Positions 9,393 to 19,285 of a stretch of 64,000 nucleotides of DNA are shown one piece after another. Position 1 is the stretch's first letter; every line of letters starts with the position of its first letter. The notes under the pieces are model-generated. The model made no database searches. It was not told the DNA's origin and saw nothing but the letters and a program-made list of their open reading frames with translations. The position numbers were made by a program, and so were the translations under genes. Source of the stretch: an uncultured delta proteobacterium (lineage in GTDB: Bacteria > Myxococcota_A > Polyangia > Polyangiales > Polyangiaceae); contig CAWKKR010000011.1 in assembly GCA_963850305.1 (NCBI GenBank), positions 262,641-326,640 on the forward strand, written 5' to 3'.

Positions 9393-10364
9393 TCACAGTG
9401 AGCCATCAGGCGCAAATCCGAGCTTCTCGGGGGGGGACGCGCCGGGCCCGGGGCGCTTTTGCAGCCGCAGGTGGTGCCAGAGGAGCATCTCGAGCGTGCC
9501 GACCTCTCGGAGGAAGATCTGGTCGTGCCCGCCGGGCAGAGTGTCGAAGTCATGCGGGACATGGAGCTCGGCCAGACGCTTGCTCAGGGCCTGGTGCACC
9601 GGGTACGTCGGATCCCAGTACGAAGATTCGACGTGGACGGCGCGGGGACCGAGGCGGTCGATGATCGCACGCAGCGCGGCCGCGTAGCGCTGCGCCGTGA
9701 AGTCGCCGATCGCGGCCTGGACCGTGCCCACGGCACCGAAGAGCTCGGGCTTGCGGAGAAAGACTTCCATCGCGACGAAGCCACCGAGGGAACAGCCGTC
9801 GAGAGCCGTGCCGACCACGTCGGTGGTCGCGGGGGCGTTCGCGCGGACGGCGGGGAGCAACGTGGTCGCGATCCAGGCGGCGTAGTGGTCGAGCGCGACG
9901 GACGGGTAGGGAAACTCGTAGACGTTGGGCGTCACCGGGCAGACGAGGACGAATCCGCGGTACGGGTTCCGGGCGAGCAGCGCGTCGATGGCCTGCGCGC
10001 GTGCATCGGACAGGTAACGGCGCGCGCCGGTCACGGGCGGGTGGCGCAGATGCGTGTCGGCAGCGACGAGGCCGTAACGATCGGCCCACGCATGCACGCC
10101 GAGCTCTTCATTGTCGGTCTCGCCGAGTCCGTGGAGGAGCACGAGCACGGGGAATCTCTCGTCCGGACCGTGGACTCTGGGCGAGAGAACGAGCGCCCGC
10201 CGAGCGAGCTTCCGCTCCCCGTCGAGATGCAAATCCTGGACGACGAGGTCGTCGGAGTGGGCGCGGAGCGCCGCGGCTCGTCCAGGGCCTGCGACGGCGA
10301 GCGCCGCGCAGGACCCCAAAAACCTGCGACGACCGAAAGCGATGCTGCGACGTCGGCGGATCAC
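9393..10364 (-). CDS. secreted esterase (putative esterase / esterase D-enterochelin esterase fold) with Tat-type signal
   Basis: The N-terminus is MIRRRRSIAFGRRRFLGSCAALAVAG (twin-Arg). It has HGLGE and the G-x-S-x-G serine motif DGCSLGG. The non-conserved C-terminal tail contains a G8 run on the plus strand (9429-9436). Confidence 0.8.
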   Translation of the reverse strand: MIRRRRSIAFGRRRFLGSCAALAVAGPGRAAALRAHSDDLVVQDLHLDGERKLARRALVLSPRVHGPDERFPVLVLLHGLGETDNEELGVHAWADRYGLVAADTHLRHPPVTGARRYLSDARAQAIDALLARNPYRGFVLVCPVTPNVYEFPYPSVALDHYAAWIATTLLPAVRANAPATTDVVGTALDGCSLGGFVAMEVFLRKPELFGAVGTVQAAIGDFTAQRYAAALRAIIDRLGPRAVHVESSYWDPTYPVHQALSKRLAELHVPHDFDTLPGGHDQIFLREVGTLEMLLWHHLRLQKRPGPGASPPEKLGFAPDGSL

Positions 10365-10464
10365 GCTGAAATCCCTGTGCTATTCAACGGTCCATGACGC
10401 GCGAGGCCCCCGCACGCCACGGATTACTTGTGCCCGGTCCGACACTGCTACAAAACCAGAAACC

Positions 10465-11256
10465 ATGAGAATTCTTTTCTCTTCTTTGTTGTTCCTGGTG
10501 GCCACGTCCTGCTCCGCGAAGAGCGAGGACACGAAACTGAACGATATTCCGGGTTTCTGCAGCGAGTGGGCCATGGACGCCTGCAACGGGACGGTCACGT
10601 CGCTCTGCGGGTCGACGACGGCGTCGTGTCTCTCCGCGCAGCAAACCTTCTGCGAGTCCATCGTGCCGACGGCAAAGTACACGCCGGCGGGCGCGCCGCA
10701 GTGCCTGAAGGCCGTGACCGCCGCGTACAAGGACGGGACGCTCACCGCTGACGAGCGCGACACGGTGCTGCGGCTCGGCAACGATTGCGCGGCCATTCTC
10801 TCGGGGCCGGGCGAGACCGACTCACCCTGCGGCGTGACCAGCGACTGCGATACGACGGCAGGCCTCTCGTGCGTGACGAAGGGACTCGACACGACGGGGA
10901 GCTGCCGAATCCCGGTGATGGTCGGCCCCGGCCTCTCTTGCTCGGAGCCGGACCAGACCTGCAGCGCGGGCTTCTACTGCGACGGGCAGCATTGCGTGGG
11001 CGGAAACCCCGCGGGAGACGCCTGCTCGGCGGCGGTTCCGTGCGGCGCGGGCTCGCATTGCGTCGCGGGTGGGGCCGACGGGGGCGTCACGGGCTCGGTG
11101 TGCGTGACGAGCGTCACGACCGGAAGCTGCGACAGCGACGTCGACTGTGCGGCGCGGCTCTGCTCGGTGCCCGCGGGCGCCACCACGGGCCGGTGCGTGT
11201 CCAACGCGCCGCCGCTCGCCGCGACGGATCAACTCTGCGCCAACCTGGGTAGCTGA
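10465..11256 (+). CDS. Cys-rich secreted lipoprotein, hypothetical
   Basis: The start was trimmed to ATG 10465 (MRILFSSLLFLVATSCSAK, signal peptide plus a lipobox-like TSC). About 26 Cys residues occur in repeated C..G..C patterns. The 5' end is conspicuously AT-rich for this genome. Confidence 0.75.
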   Translation: MRILFSSLLFLVATSCSAKSEDTKLNDIPGFCSEWAMDACNGTVTSLCGSTTASCLSAQQTFCESIVPTAKYTPAGAPQCLKAVTAAYKDGTLTADERDTVLRLGNDCAAILSGPGETDSPCGVTSDCDTTAGLSCVTKGLDTTGSCRIPVMVGPGLSCSEPDQTCSAGFYCDGQHCVGGNPAGDACSAAVPCGAGSHCVAGGADGGVTGSVCVTSVTTGSCDSDVDCAARLCSVPAGATTGRCVSNAPPLAATDQLCANLGS

Positions 11257-11263
11257 GCGAACG

Positions 11264-12016
11264 ATGCGACGGTTCGAGAGGACTCTGTTCGTGGTCGCGC
11301 TCTCGACCGTCGCGATCGGTTGCGACGACAAGGCGGCTCCGACTCCCGCGGCGCCCGCGGCGACGGCGACGGAAGCGCCGGCGGTCGCTGCTCCGCCTCC
11401 GCAGCCGAAGGGCCCTCCGGAGTTCAGCGTATCCGCCGGGGGCGCGAAGATTGGCTGGACGTACTTCGGGGGCGCGGACACGGAGAAGAAGCTTGGCGCG
11501 GAGATCGCGGAGGACAAGGAGTTCGTGGCCGGGAAGAACGTCGCGGTGAACGTGGACCGGCAAGCAAAGCTCGGCATGGTCGCGACGATGCTGCACGCGC
11601 TCGAAGACGGCGGCGCGACGTCCATGACGATCACGACGGACTCGCGTCCCGAGTATCCGAAGACCGTGACGTTCGTGACGCGAGCGGCGGGCAGATCGGC
11701 TCCCGAATGCAGCGTGGTCGCGGAGGTGCTCGCCGAGCGCAAGAACGCGGTCTGGAGCCTGAGGGGTGGGACCGCAATCAAGAGCTCGAAGGGCCTCGCG
11801 GGGCCGGACATGGTCGTGACCGCGGATCACCTGCAGAGCGCGGCGAAGCGCTGCAAAGAGTCGAGCTTCGTCTTCGTCTCGGCCGAAGAGGGGGTCGAAT
11901 GGGGCCTCGTGTACGACCTCGCCGCCGCAAGCCAGGTGCTGGAAAAAGCGAAGCTCGACAAGGTCGTTCTGCTGTACCCGGCGCCGATTGCCGGACGGCC
12001 GGTGAAGGTGGAGTGA
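11264..12016 (+). CDS. lipoprotein, hypothetical (possible ExbD/TolR-like fold in the middle, weak)
   Basis: ATG 11264 lies 5 nt after the previous stop. The signal is MRRFERTLFVVALSTVAIGC (lipobox AIGC), followed by an Ala/Pro linker and then a globular domain. Confidence 0.7.
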   Translation: MRRFERTLFVVALSTVAIGCDDKAAPTPAAPAATATEAPAVAAPPPQPKGPPEFSVSAGGAKIGWTYFGGADTEKKLGAEIAEDKEFVAGKNVAVNVDRQAKLGMVATMLHALEDGGATSMTITTDSRPEYPKTVTFVTRAAGRSAPECSVVAEVLAERKNAVWSLRGGTAIKSSKGLAGPDMVVTADHLQSAAKRCKESSFVFVSAEEGVEWGLVYDLAAASQVLEKAKLDKVVLLYPAPIAGRPVKVE

Positions 12017-12076
12017 CTCGCCCCGCTTGACCCAGCGAGGGACCCGCAGCACGTTCCGGCCCCGGAAAGGTCGGTC

Positions 12077-13165
12077 GTGGCTTCCCGCAAGAGTTCAAAG
12101 TCCAAGAGCAAGCGCAAGCGCGCCGCTTCGCACGCCGAGGAACCGGAGAAGGAAACCGAGGACGGCGAGGGCGAGAGCAATGGCGACGGCGACACGGGCG
12201 CCGCGAACGACGACGACCTCGTCGCCGAGGTGGCCGCGGACGGCGAACCCGAAGGCGTCGACGACTCCGCGCTCGAGAAGATTTCGCGCAAGGATCGCTC
12301 TGCCGGCGCCATCACGCGCGTGGACCCGCTGCAGCTCTACATGAGCGAGGTCCAGAAGCACGCGCTCCTCACGCCGGAGGAGGAGCACAGCCTCGCGGTC
12401 GCGTACGCCAAGGCGGGGGACGTCAAGGCCGCCGCCCGGCTCGTCACGGCGAACCTGCGGCTGGTGGTGAAGCTCGCGTACGAATATCGCCGCGCGTACA
12501 AGAACATCATGGACCTGATCCAGGAGGGGAACATCGGGCTCATGCAGGCGGTGAAGCGCTACGACCCCTACCGCGGCGTGAAGCTCTCGAGCTACGCGGC
12601 GTGGTGGATCCGGGCGTACATGCTCCGGTTCATCCTGAACAACTGGCGCCTCGTGAAGATCGGGACGACGCAGGCGCAACGGCGGCTGTTCTTCAACCTG
12701 AACAAGGAGAAGGCGCGACTGACGGCGATGGGCATAGAGCCCACGCACGCGACGATCGCGACGAACCTCCGCGTGGAAGAGAAAGAAGTCGTCGAGATGG
12801 ATCGGCGGCTCTCGCGCGGTGACGCGTCGCTCGACGCACCCATGGGCGACGCCGACGGGCGCCAGACGACGCGGATGGAGCTCCTCCCTTCCTCGAACGA
12901 AGGCCCGGACACCGCGGCGGAGAGCGCGGAGCTGTCCGAGCTCGTCCGCGCGCAACTGGACGAGTTCCGGAAGACGCTCGCGGGCAAGGAGCTCGACATC
13001 TTCGACAAGCGGCTCGTGGCGGAAGAGCCGCTCACCTTGCAGGAGCTCGGGGACCAGTTCGGCGTCTCGCGCGAGCGCGTGCGGCAGCTGGAGGCGCGGC
13101 TCACGGGCAGGCTTCGCACCTTTCTCCAGGGCACGCTCGGCGACGCCGTCGAGGTCGGGAACTGA
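12077..13165 (+). CDS. rpoH: RNA polymerase sigma-70 family factor, RpoH (sigma-32)-like, with long charged N-terminal extension
   Basis: Region 2 is [37 protein letters not shown]. An RpoH-box-like [16 protein letters not shown] is present. Region 4 is [24 protein letters not shown]. The start is GTG. Confidence 0.8.
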   Translation: MASRKSSKSKSKRKRAASHAEEPEKETEDGEGESNGDGDTGAANDDDLVAEVAADGEPEGVDDSALEKISRKDRSAGAITRVDPLQLYMSEVQKHALLTPEEEHSLAVAYAKAGDVKAAARLVTANLRLVVKLAYEYRRAYKNIMDLIQEGNIGLMQAVKRYDPYRGVKLSSYAAWWIRAYMLRFILNNWRLVKIGTTQAQRRLFFNLNKEKARLTAMGIEPTHATIATNLRVEEKEVVEMDRRLSRGDASLDAPMGDADGRQTTRMELLPSSNEGPDTAAESAELSELVRAQLDEFRKTLAGKELDIFDKRLVAEEPLTLQELGDQFGVSRERVRQLEARLTGRLRTFLQGTLGDAVEVGN

Positions 13166-13215
13166 CCACGCCCGACGAACCGCGGTCTATCTCGGCCGCC
13201 GGGACCGGGACGCTC

Positions 13216-14040
13216 TTGGTCGTCGCGACGCCCATCGGCAACCTCGGAGACGTCACGCGACGGGCGGTGGAGATCCTCGGCACGGCGGACCTGATCGCGG
13301 CCGAGGACACGCGCCGAGCGCGGGCGCTCCTGTCACACCTGGGCATCACCGGGAAAAGCCTGGTGGCGCTCGACGCGAACGCGACGGCGCGCGCGATCGA
13401 GGCGGTCGTGGCGCGACTTCGCGACGGCGCGCGCGTCGCGTTCGTCACCGACGCGGGCACGCCGAGCGTGAGCGATCCGGGAACGCGCCTGGTGCGAGCC
13501 GCCGCGGACGCCGGCGCGAACGTCCTCGCCATCCCCGGTCCGAGCGCCGTCACGGCAGCCGTCGCCGTGTCGGGCTTCGTCGAGGGGCCATTTCTGTTCC
13601 TCGGCTTTCTCGCGCGGCACGGCGAGAAGAGGAAGCGCGCCATCCGGAGGATCTTGCGCTCGCCGGAGCCCGTCGTGCTGTTCGAAGCACCGACGCGGGT
13701 CCGCGAAACGCTCGCGGACCTCGCGAGCGTGATGCCAGAGCGCGCCGCGTGCATCGCGCGCGAGCTGACGAAGCTGCACGAAGAAGCACTGCGGGGCACG
13801 CTCGCAGCTCTCGCGGCCGAGCCGCTGACCGAGCGCGGCGAGTTCACGATCGTCGTGGACGGCGCGGGCGACGTCGTGGACGACGAAGGTATCGACGTGG
13901 ACGCGCTCGTGTCGGAGCGTCTGGAAGCGGGCGATCCCCCGCGCACCGTCGCGGACGACGTCGCGACGATCACGGGGCGGCCGCGGCGCGAAATCTACGC
14001 GCGCGTGCTCGAGCTCCGCCGCCGTCGTGACGAGGGCTGA
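13216..14040 (+). CDS. rsmI: 16S rRNA (cytidine1402-2'-O)-methyltransferase RsmI
   Basis: Motifs present are [37 protein letters not shown] and IPGPSA. The first in-frame start is TTG 13216. The conserved [11 protein letters not shown] begins just upstream, so the true start is uncertain (CTG 13162 is possible). Confidence 0.85.
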   Translation: MVVATPIGNLGDVTRRAVEILGTADLIAAEDTRRARALLSHLGITGKSLVALDANATARAIEAVVARLRDGARVAFVTDAGTPSVSDPGTRLVRAAADAGANVLAIPGPSAVTAAVAVSGFVEGPFLFLGFLARHGEKRKRAIRRILRSPEPVVLFEAPTRVRETLADLASVMPERAACIARELTKLHEEALRGTLAALAAEPLTERGEFTIVVDGAGDVVDDEGIDVDALVSERLEAGDPPRTVADDVATITGRPRREIYARVLELRRRRDEG

Positions 14041-14534
14041 GCGTCTCGCGACGCGGAAGACGGCGCGCGGCCCGCCAGACGCAGCCGCTCCTTGCGGCGC
14101 TTCGCCGCGGCCGCGTGTCGGCGCCTGTCCTCGGCCGTCTTCGGAACGAGGGCTGGAACCGAGCGCGGCGCGCCATCCGCGTCGGTCGCCACGAACGTCA
14201 GGTACGCCTTCGTCGTGTAGCGACGCTCGCCAGTACGCGGGTCCTCCGTCTCCACGCGACACCCGACCTCCATGCTCGTGCGCCCCGCGTAGTTCACCTG
14301 CGCCTGGAGCACCACGACGTCCCCAACGTGAATGGGGACGAGGAAATCAAGTCGGTCGATCGACGCGGTGACGGCGCTGCCGGAGCAATGTCGCATCGCG
14401 GCCACGGCTCCGCAGACGTCGATCCACTGCACCAGCACGCCGCCGAAGAGAACGCCCCCGACGCCGTTCGTGTGTGTGGGCATGACGATCTGGGTCATCT
14501 CGACCCGGGAGGCAGCGGGAGTACGCGAGGGCAT
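13995..14534 (-). CDS. acyl-CoA thioesterase (hotdog fold, YciA/BFIT-like)
   Basis: Trimmed from ORF 13995..15257 to ATG 14534. The sequence reads [46 protein letters not shown]...[22 protein letters not shown]. The basic C-terminal tail overlaps the rsmI 3' end by 46 nt. Confidence 0.8.
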   Translation of the reverse strand: MPSRTPAASRVEMTQIVMPTHTNGVGGVLFGGVLVQWIDVCGAVAAMRHCSGSAVTASIDRLDFLVPIHVGDVVVLQAQVNYAGRTSMEVGCRVETEDPRTGERRYTTKAYLTFVATDADGAPRSVPALVPKTAEDRRRHAAAAKRRKERLRLAGRAPSSASRDAQPSSRRRRSSSTRA

Positions 14535-14651
14535 GGAGCGCGGATTGTAGCGTGAACCAAGGCCGAGCGATGCCTTGCACTCGCGCCCGATCATCATCGA
14601 GCCTCTGAAAGGCGCCGCGTGATACGCTCTGCCGAACGGGAGGATGAGGCG

Positions 14652-15335
14652 ATGACCAAGCGGTTTCGTGGGGCTGTCTTCGGTGCGGAGGCTTCTTGCG
14701 CCATACTGGCGCTCGTGGCGGTTGCGTGCGGCGGTGAGAACAACGGCAGCGGAAGCGCGTCGTGTCCGGCCGTCACCGCGTGTGGCGGCGACCTGGTGGG
14801 CGTCTGGAACATCCAATCCATGTGCGCGAGGATCCCTCTCACAGCGCTGGACGCTGACGGGGGTGCCGGCACCGGCTTGCCCGCGGCCTGCAACGACGCC
14901 CTCCAGGGTGCCCTGGACCAGGACGCCGTCACACCGACCGGCGCCACGATCGAGTTCACGAGCGACGGCCAGTACACCGAGAGCGGTACGATCGCGATAT
15001 CGTTCCCCGTCGACTACTCGGCGGAGTGCCTGGCGGCGCTCGGCGGTCCCCCGGCGTCGAGCTCCACTTGCGACCAGATCGCGGCGAGCTTCGGCGCGAG
15101 CCAACCAGGCGCGAGCGGCACGTGTACGCTCGCGTCCGGCGGATGTCGGTGCTCCGCCAGCATGCCCAGTGCCTTCGACGCCACGGGCCCCTACCAGACC
15201 GAAGGAACGACCCTGACTTTCGATGGTACGCCACCCGGTGGCCCCTACTGCGTCCAAGGCAACACCGCGACGATCACGGCAGACGAGGACGGCACGACCG
15301 GAAGCCTGAGCTTGACTCGAGCCTCCACCAATTGA
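14652..15335 (+). CDS. lipoprotein, hypothetical, Cys-containing
   Basis: A GGGAGG Shine-Dalgarno lies 8 nt before ATG 14652. The signal is [26 protein letters not shown] (lipobox AVAC). Confidence 0.75.
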   Translation: MTKRFRGAVFGAEASCAILALVAVACGGENNGSGSASCPAVTACGGDLVGVWNIQSMCARIPLTALDADGGAGTGLPAACNDALQGALDQDAVTPTGATIEFTSDGQYTESGTIAISFPVDYSAECLAALGGPPASSSTCDQIAASFGASQPGASGTCTLASGGCRCSASMPSAFDATGPYQTEGTTLTFDGTPPGGPYCVQGNTATITADEDGTTGSLSLTRASTN

Positions 15336-15403
15336 CGGCTCTCCTGCCGCTCGGGCGACCAGGCTTCAACTGCGAAGACTGCCTGTGCTAAGAGCGGGGC
15401 CCC

Positions 15404-17034
15404 GTGTTCGACGCGCTCAAAAAGGGGTTCCGCGAAGCTCAGAACCGGCTCTCCGGGCTGACCGACCTGGACGAGAAGAATATCCAGCCGGCGCTCCGCG
15501 AGGTCCGGCTCTCGCTGCTGGAGGCGGACGTCGAGCTCGGCGTCGTGAAGCGCTTCCTCGCCCGGGTCGAGGAGAAGGCCGTCGGGCGCACCGTGCAGAC
15601 CACCGTGAAGCACGCGGGCGAGAAGGTGCGCGTGGCCGCGGGCGACCAGTTCGTGAAGATCTGCCACGACGAGCTCGTCGGCATGATGAACCACGAGGGC
15701 GACGCCATCCGCTTCGCGGAGAAGCGCGAGCGCACGGGGATCATGATGGTCGGGCTCCAGGGCTCGGGCAAGACGACGACGTGCGCGAAGCTCGCTCGAC
15801 TCCTGTCGAAAGAAGGCAAGAAGCCGCTGCTCGTCGCCGCCGACATGCAGCGCCCCGCGGCGGTCGAGCAGCTCAAGATCCTCGGCGAGCAGATCGACGT
15901 GCCGGTGTTCAACGTCGCGGGCGCGTCGCCGCTCGACATCTGCCGGGCCGCGGACGAAGAAGCGAAGCGGCTCGGCCGCGACGTCATCGTGTACGACACG
16001 GCGGGCCGCCTCGCGATCGACGAGCCTCTGATGCAGGAGCTCGGCGACATCAAGGGCATCGCCGAGCCCGAGAATATCTTCCTCGTCGATCGACGCGATG
16101 ATCGGCCAGGACGCCGTGAAGACGGCCGCGTCGTTCAACGAACGGCTCGGCATCACCGGCGTCGTGCTCACGAAGCTCGACGGCGACGCGCGCGGCGGCG
16201 CGGCGCTCAGCGTGAAGGAAGTGACGGGCGCGCCGATACTGTTCTCCGGCGTGGGCGAAGGGACGGACAAGCTCGAGGAGTTCCGCGCGGAGGGGATGGC
16301 GGGACGCATCCTCGGCATGGGCGACGTCGTCGGCCTGATGAAGGACTTCGAGGGCGTCGTCGATCAGAAGAAGGCGGAAGCCGACGCGAAGCGGATGATG
16401 TCGGGCGAATTCTCGCTCGACGACTTCCTGCAGCAGGTTCCGCACGATCAAGCAGATGGGCTCGCTGAAGGATCTCGTGGAGCGCATCCCGGGCCTCGGC
16501 GGCATGATGCCCCCCGGCGTCGACCTGGACGACAAGGAGCTCGTCCGGATCGAGGCGATGATCCAGTCGATGACGTTCGAGGAGAAGAACGACCCGAACG
16601 CGCTCGTGCGAGAGCCGGGCCGCGTGAAGCGCATCGCGCGCGGCTCGGGCACGCCGGAACAGGCCGTCTCCGAGCTCGTCCAGAAGTTCCTCTTCATGAA
16701 GCAGATGATGGGCGGGCTGGGCGGGGACATGGGCATGCTCGGGAAGATCCCGGGCATGAAGAACCTGGCGATGGCCCGCAACGTCCGGCGCGCCATGAAG
16801 AACGGGAAGATGCCCCCTGGATTCCCTGGCGCGGGAGCACCCGGAATGCCGGGGTTTCCGGGGGGGGGAATGCCCGGAATGGGGATGCCGGGCTTCCCGG
16901 GCATGCCCGGCTTCGGCGGGGACGGCGGCGCGGTCGCTCCGCGCATGCGGCAGCTCTCGCAAGCCGAGAAAAATGCGCGAAAAAACCAGCGCAAGCGCGA
17001 GCGTGACTCGCGTAAAAAGAACCGAGGAAAATGA
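15404..17034 (+). CDS. ffh: signal recognition particle protein Ffh, reading frame broken twice (near 16085-16095 and 16437-16442)
   Basis: Frame 1 runs from MFDALKKGF through GLQGSGKTTTCAKLA and DTAGRL to ENIFLV. Frame 2 (from about 16090) continues DAMIGQDAVKTAASFNERLGITGVVLTKLDGDARGGAALS to DFLQQV. Frame 3 continues (R)TIKQMGSLKDLVERIPGLGG through the Met-rich M domain to stop 17034. Deleting A in GTCGATCGAC gives LVVDAM. Deleting C in GTTCCGC gives QVRTIKQMG. Confidence 0.9.
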
Positions 17035-17630
17035 CGAACCGCCCCCCTCGCTCGGCAGTCCTGGTCTCGGCGCTCGCGCTAGCGTCGCTGCTCGGTTGTG
17101 CGCCTGCGACGACGAAACCTTCGGAGGCGGCCGCGGCCCTCGCACCGTTCGCGCACGACGCGGTGACGGCGGCGCACGCGATACGCATCGATTTCGGGAG
17201 CAAGATCGAGCTCGTCGGCTACGACGTGACGCCGGAGGGCACGGCCGGGCCCGGCGCGTCGGCACACCTGACGCTCTACTGGCGCCGGACGGGGAACCTC
17301 GATCCGGGCTGGCAGCTCTTCACGCATCTCGAGAACGATCGGAACCAGAACATCGCCAATCTGGATCGCATGGGCGAATTTCGCGGCGCCCTCGCCGACA
17401 AGCCCGAGGGCGTCGAACTCCTCGAGCTCGGCAAGATCTACACGGACGAGCAAACCTTCCCGATGCCGAAGGCGGAGGATCTGACGCCCCAGGTGTCGGT
17501 CGTCGTCGGCGTGTGGAATAACGACATGCGCTTGCCGGTTGTCAGCGGGCCGACGAACGGGGAAGCCGCCGGGCTCGTCACCCATTTCGTCACGGGAGTG
17601 CCCGCGCGACGCGCCCGGGCCGGCAGCTAA
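17031..17630 (+). CDS. lipoprotein, paralogous to the N-terminal domain of the next gene
   Basis: Its start overlaps the ffh stop in an ATGA junction. The signal is MTNRPPRSAVLVSALALASLLGC (lipobox LLGC). Motifs shared with the next gene are LVGY, LTLYWR, DPGWQLFTH, GKIYTDEQTF and VGVWNNDMRLPVVSGP. Confidence 0.8.
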   Translation: MTNRPPRSAVLVSALALASLLGCAPATTKPSEAAAALAPFAHDAVTAAHAIRIDFGSKIELVGYDVTPEGTAGPGASAHLTLYWRRTGNLDPGWQLFTHLENDRNQNIANLDRMGEFRGALADKPEGVELLELGKIYTDEQTFPMPKAEDLTPQVSVVVGVWNNDMRLPVVSGPTNGEAAGLVTHFVTGVPARRARAGS

Positions 17631-17655
17631 GCTCTTTCATTCTTCGGAGGAAATC

Positions 17656-19119
17656 ATGCGACGAGGGATTCTTGGTTTCTGGTTGGTCCTGTGCCCCGCC
17701 GTGCTCGCGGGCGCGTGCGTCGGCGGCTCGAAGGAAGAGGCGCCGGTGGATGAAACCCAGGCGCTGAAGCAGTTCGTCCTGGACAAGGAGCCGGCGGACA
17801 TCACCAAGGTCGGCATCAACTACGACAACAAGATCACGCTCGTCGGCGCGCGCCTGGAACCGAGCACGCCGGTCCACCCCGGCGATCACGTCAAGCTCAC
17901 GATGTACTGGCGCGTCGACAAAGAGCTCGGCGACCCGGGATGGAAGCTCTTCACGCACGTCATGGACGGCGCGGGCGAGCGCATCCTGAACATCGACAAC
18001 GTCGGCCCGCTGCGACGGTACGTCGGAAGCGAGCAGGCCCTCGGCCCGAGCGCCTGGAAGAAGGGCAAGGTCTACGTCGACGAACAGGACTTCGTCGTGC
18101 CCCGCAAGGTAAAGACCGCCACCATCACGGCCACGGTCGGCATCTGGAAAGCCGATGACCGCTTGCCCATCGTCGCGGGCCCGCACGAAAGAGACAACCG
18201 GGGCATCGCGGCCACGATCCAGGTCACGGGCATCGGCGCGGCCTCCGCGACCCCCGCGGCGGCGCGCGTCCCCGAGCTTCGCGTGGACAAGCTCGAGCAC
18301 GGCGTGAAGATCAATATCGACGGCAAGCTCGACGACGAAGCGTGGAGAACCGCGCCGTCGACGGGCCCGTTCGTGGATGTCAGAACGGGACGCCCGAACC
18401 CTCCCGGAGCGCCGCTCGGCGGAACGGCGAAGGTGCTCTGGGACGACACGTCGCTCTACGTCGGCATCCAGGTGAGGGACGGAGACGTCATCGGCGGCTT
18501 CAAGAAAGACGAGAAGGACCCGCACCTCTGGACCAAGGACACCGTCGAGATCATGGTCGACCCCGACGGCGACGGGGACAACAAGGACTACTACGAGATC
18601 CAGATCAACCCGCAGAACCTCGTGTTCGATTCCGAGTTCGACTCGTACAACACGCCGAGGACGGAGCCCGACGGCCCGTACGGCCACCAGGAATGGTCGG
18701 CGAAATTGAAGAGCGCCGTCACCATCCAGGGCACCATCGACAAGAGCGACGACCACGACGACGGCTACATCGTGGAGGCCGCCATTCCGTGGAAGTCGTT
18801 CTCGAAGGCGAAGAAGACCCCGCCCGACGTCGGCGACTCGTGGCGGATGAACCTCTACGCGATGAAGAACAATGGCGGCGTCGCGTGGTCGCCCATCCTC
18901 GGACAAGGGAACTTCCACCGCGCGTCCCGGTTCGGTCGCATCACGTGGGCCATCAAGGGCTGGACGCCCCCTGTGCCCAAGGCAGCACCGTCAGCGAGCG
19001 CGGCCCCCACGGCGAGCGCGGCGCCCCCGGCAAGCGCGGCCCCCGCGGCGAGCAGCGAAAAGCACCATCTGCCGACGATGAAACCGCCGACCATCGTCAA
19101 GGCTCCTGCGCCGCACTGA
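17656..19119 (+). CDS. secreted two-domain protein: N-terminal paralogue of 17031..17630 plus CBM9/DOMON-like carbohydrate-binding domain, Ala/Pro-rich tail
   Basis: GGAGG lies 5 nt before ATG 17656. The signal is MRRGILGFWLVLCPAVLAGAC. The N-domain has LTMYWR, DPGWKLFTH, GKVYVDEQDF and VGIWKADDRLPIVAGP. The C-domain has DGKLDDEAW, LWDDTSLYVG, DTVEIMVDPDGDG, YYEIQINP, DDGYIVEAAIPW and GDSWRMNLY. Confidence 0.8.
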   Translation: MRRGILGFWLVLCPAVLAGACVGGSKEEAPVDETQALKQFVLDKEPADITKVGINYDNKITLVGARLEPSTPVHPGDHVKLTMYWRVDKELGDPGWKLFTHVMDGAGERILNIDNVGPLRRYVGSEQALGPSAWKKGKVYVDEQDFVVPRKVKTATITATVGIWKADDRLPIVAGPHERDNRGIAATIQVTGIGAASATPAAARVPELRVDKLEHGVKINIDGKLDDEAWRTAPSTGPFVDVRTGRPNPPGAPLGGTAKVLWDDTSLYVGIQVRDGDVIGGFKKDEKDPHLWTKDTVEIMVDPDGDGDNKDYYEIQINPQNLVFDSEFDSYNTPRTEPDGPYGHQEWSAKLKSAVTIQGTIDKSDDHDDGYIVEAAIPWKSFSKAKKTPPDVGDSWRMNLYAMKNNGGVAWSPILGQGNFHRASRFGRITWAIKGWTPPVPKAAPSASAAPTASAAPPASAAPAASSEKHHLPTMKPPTIVKAPAPH

Positions 19120-19285
19120 ATCGGGCGCGGCTTCAGACCGTGACGTCGCGACGTCATGCGCTCCGGCGCGCTGCAGCGCGGCCACCGCGCCTGCGCGCCG
19201 TGGGGACGGCCAGAGATTTTCACGGGACGCCGGGAAGGGCAGAACTCGGGTAGTCTCGGGCGTGATGCGGGGTCTCCAGCGCGGC

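Noticed and set aside
15404-17034. Programmed ribosomal frameshifting or a split-gene arrangement in ffh
   Set aside because: There is no slippery sequence or stimulatory structure at either junction. Both junctions become canonical on deleting one base, and the same +1 signature recurs in unrelated genes across the window. A consensus insertion error is the simpler explanation.
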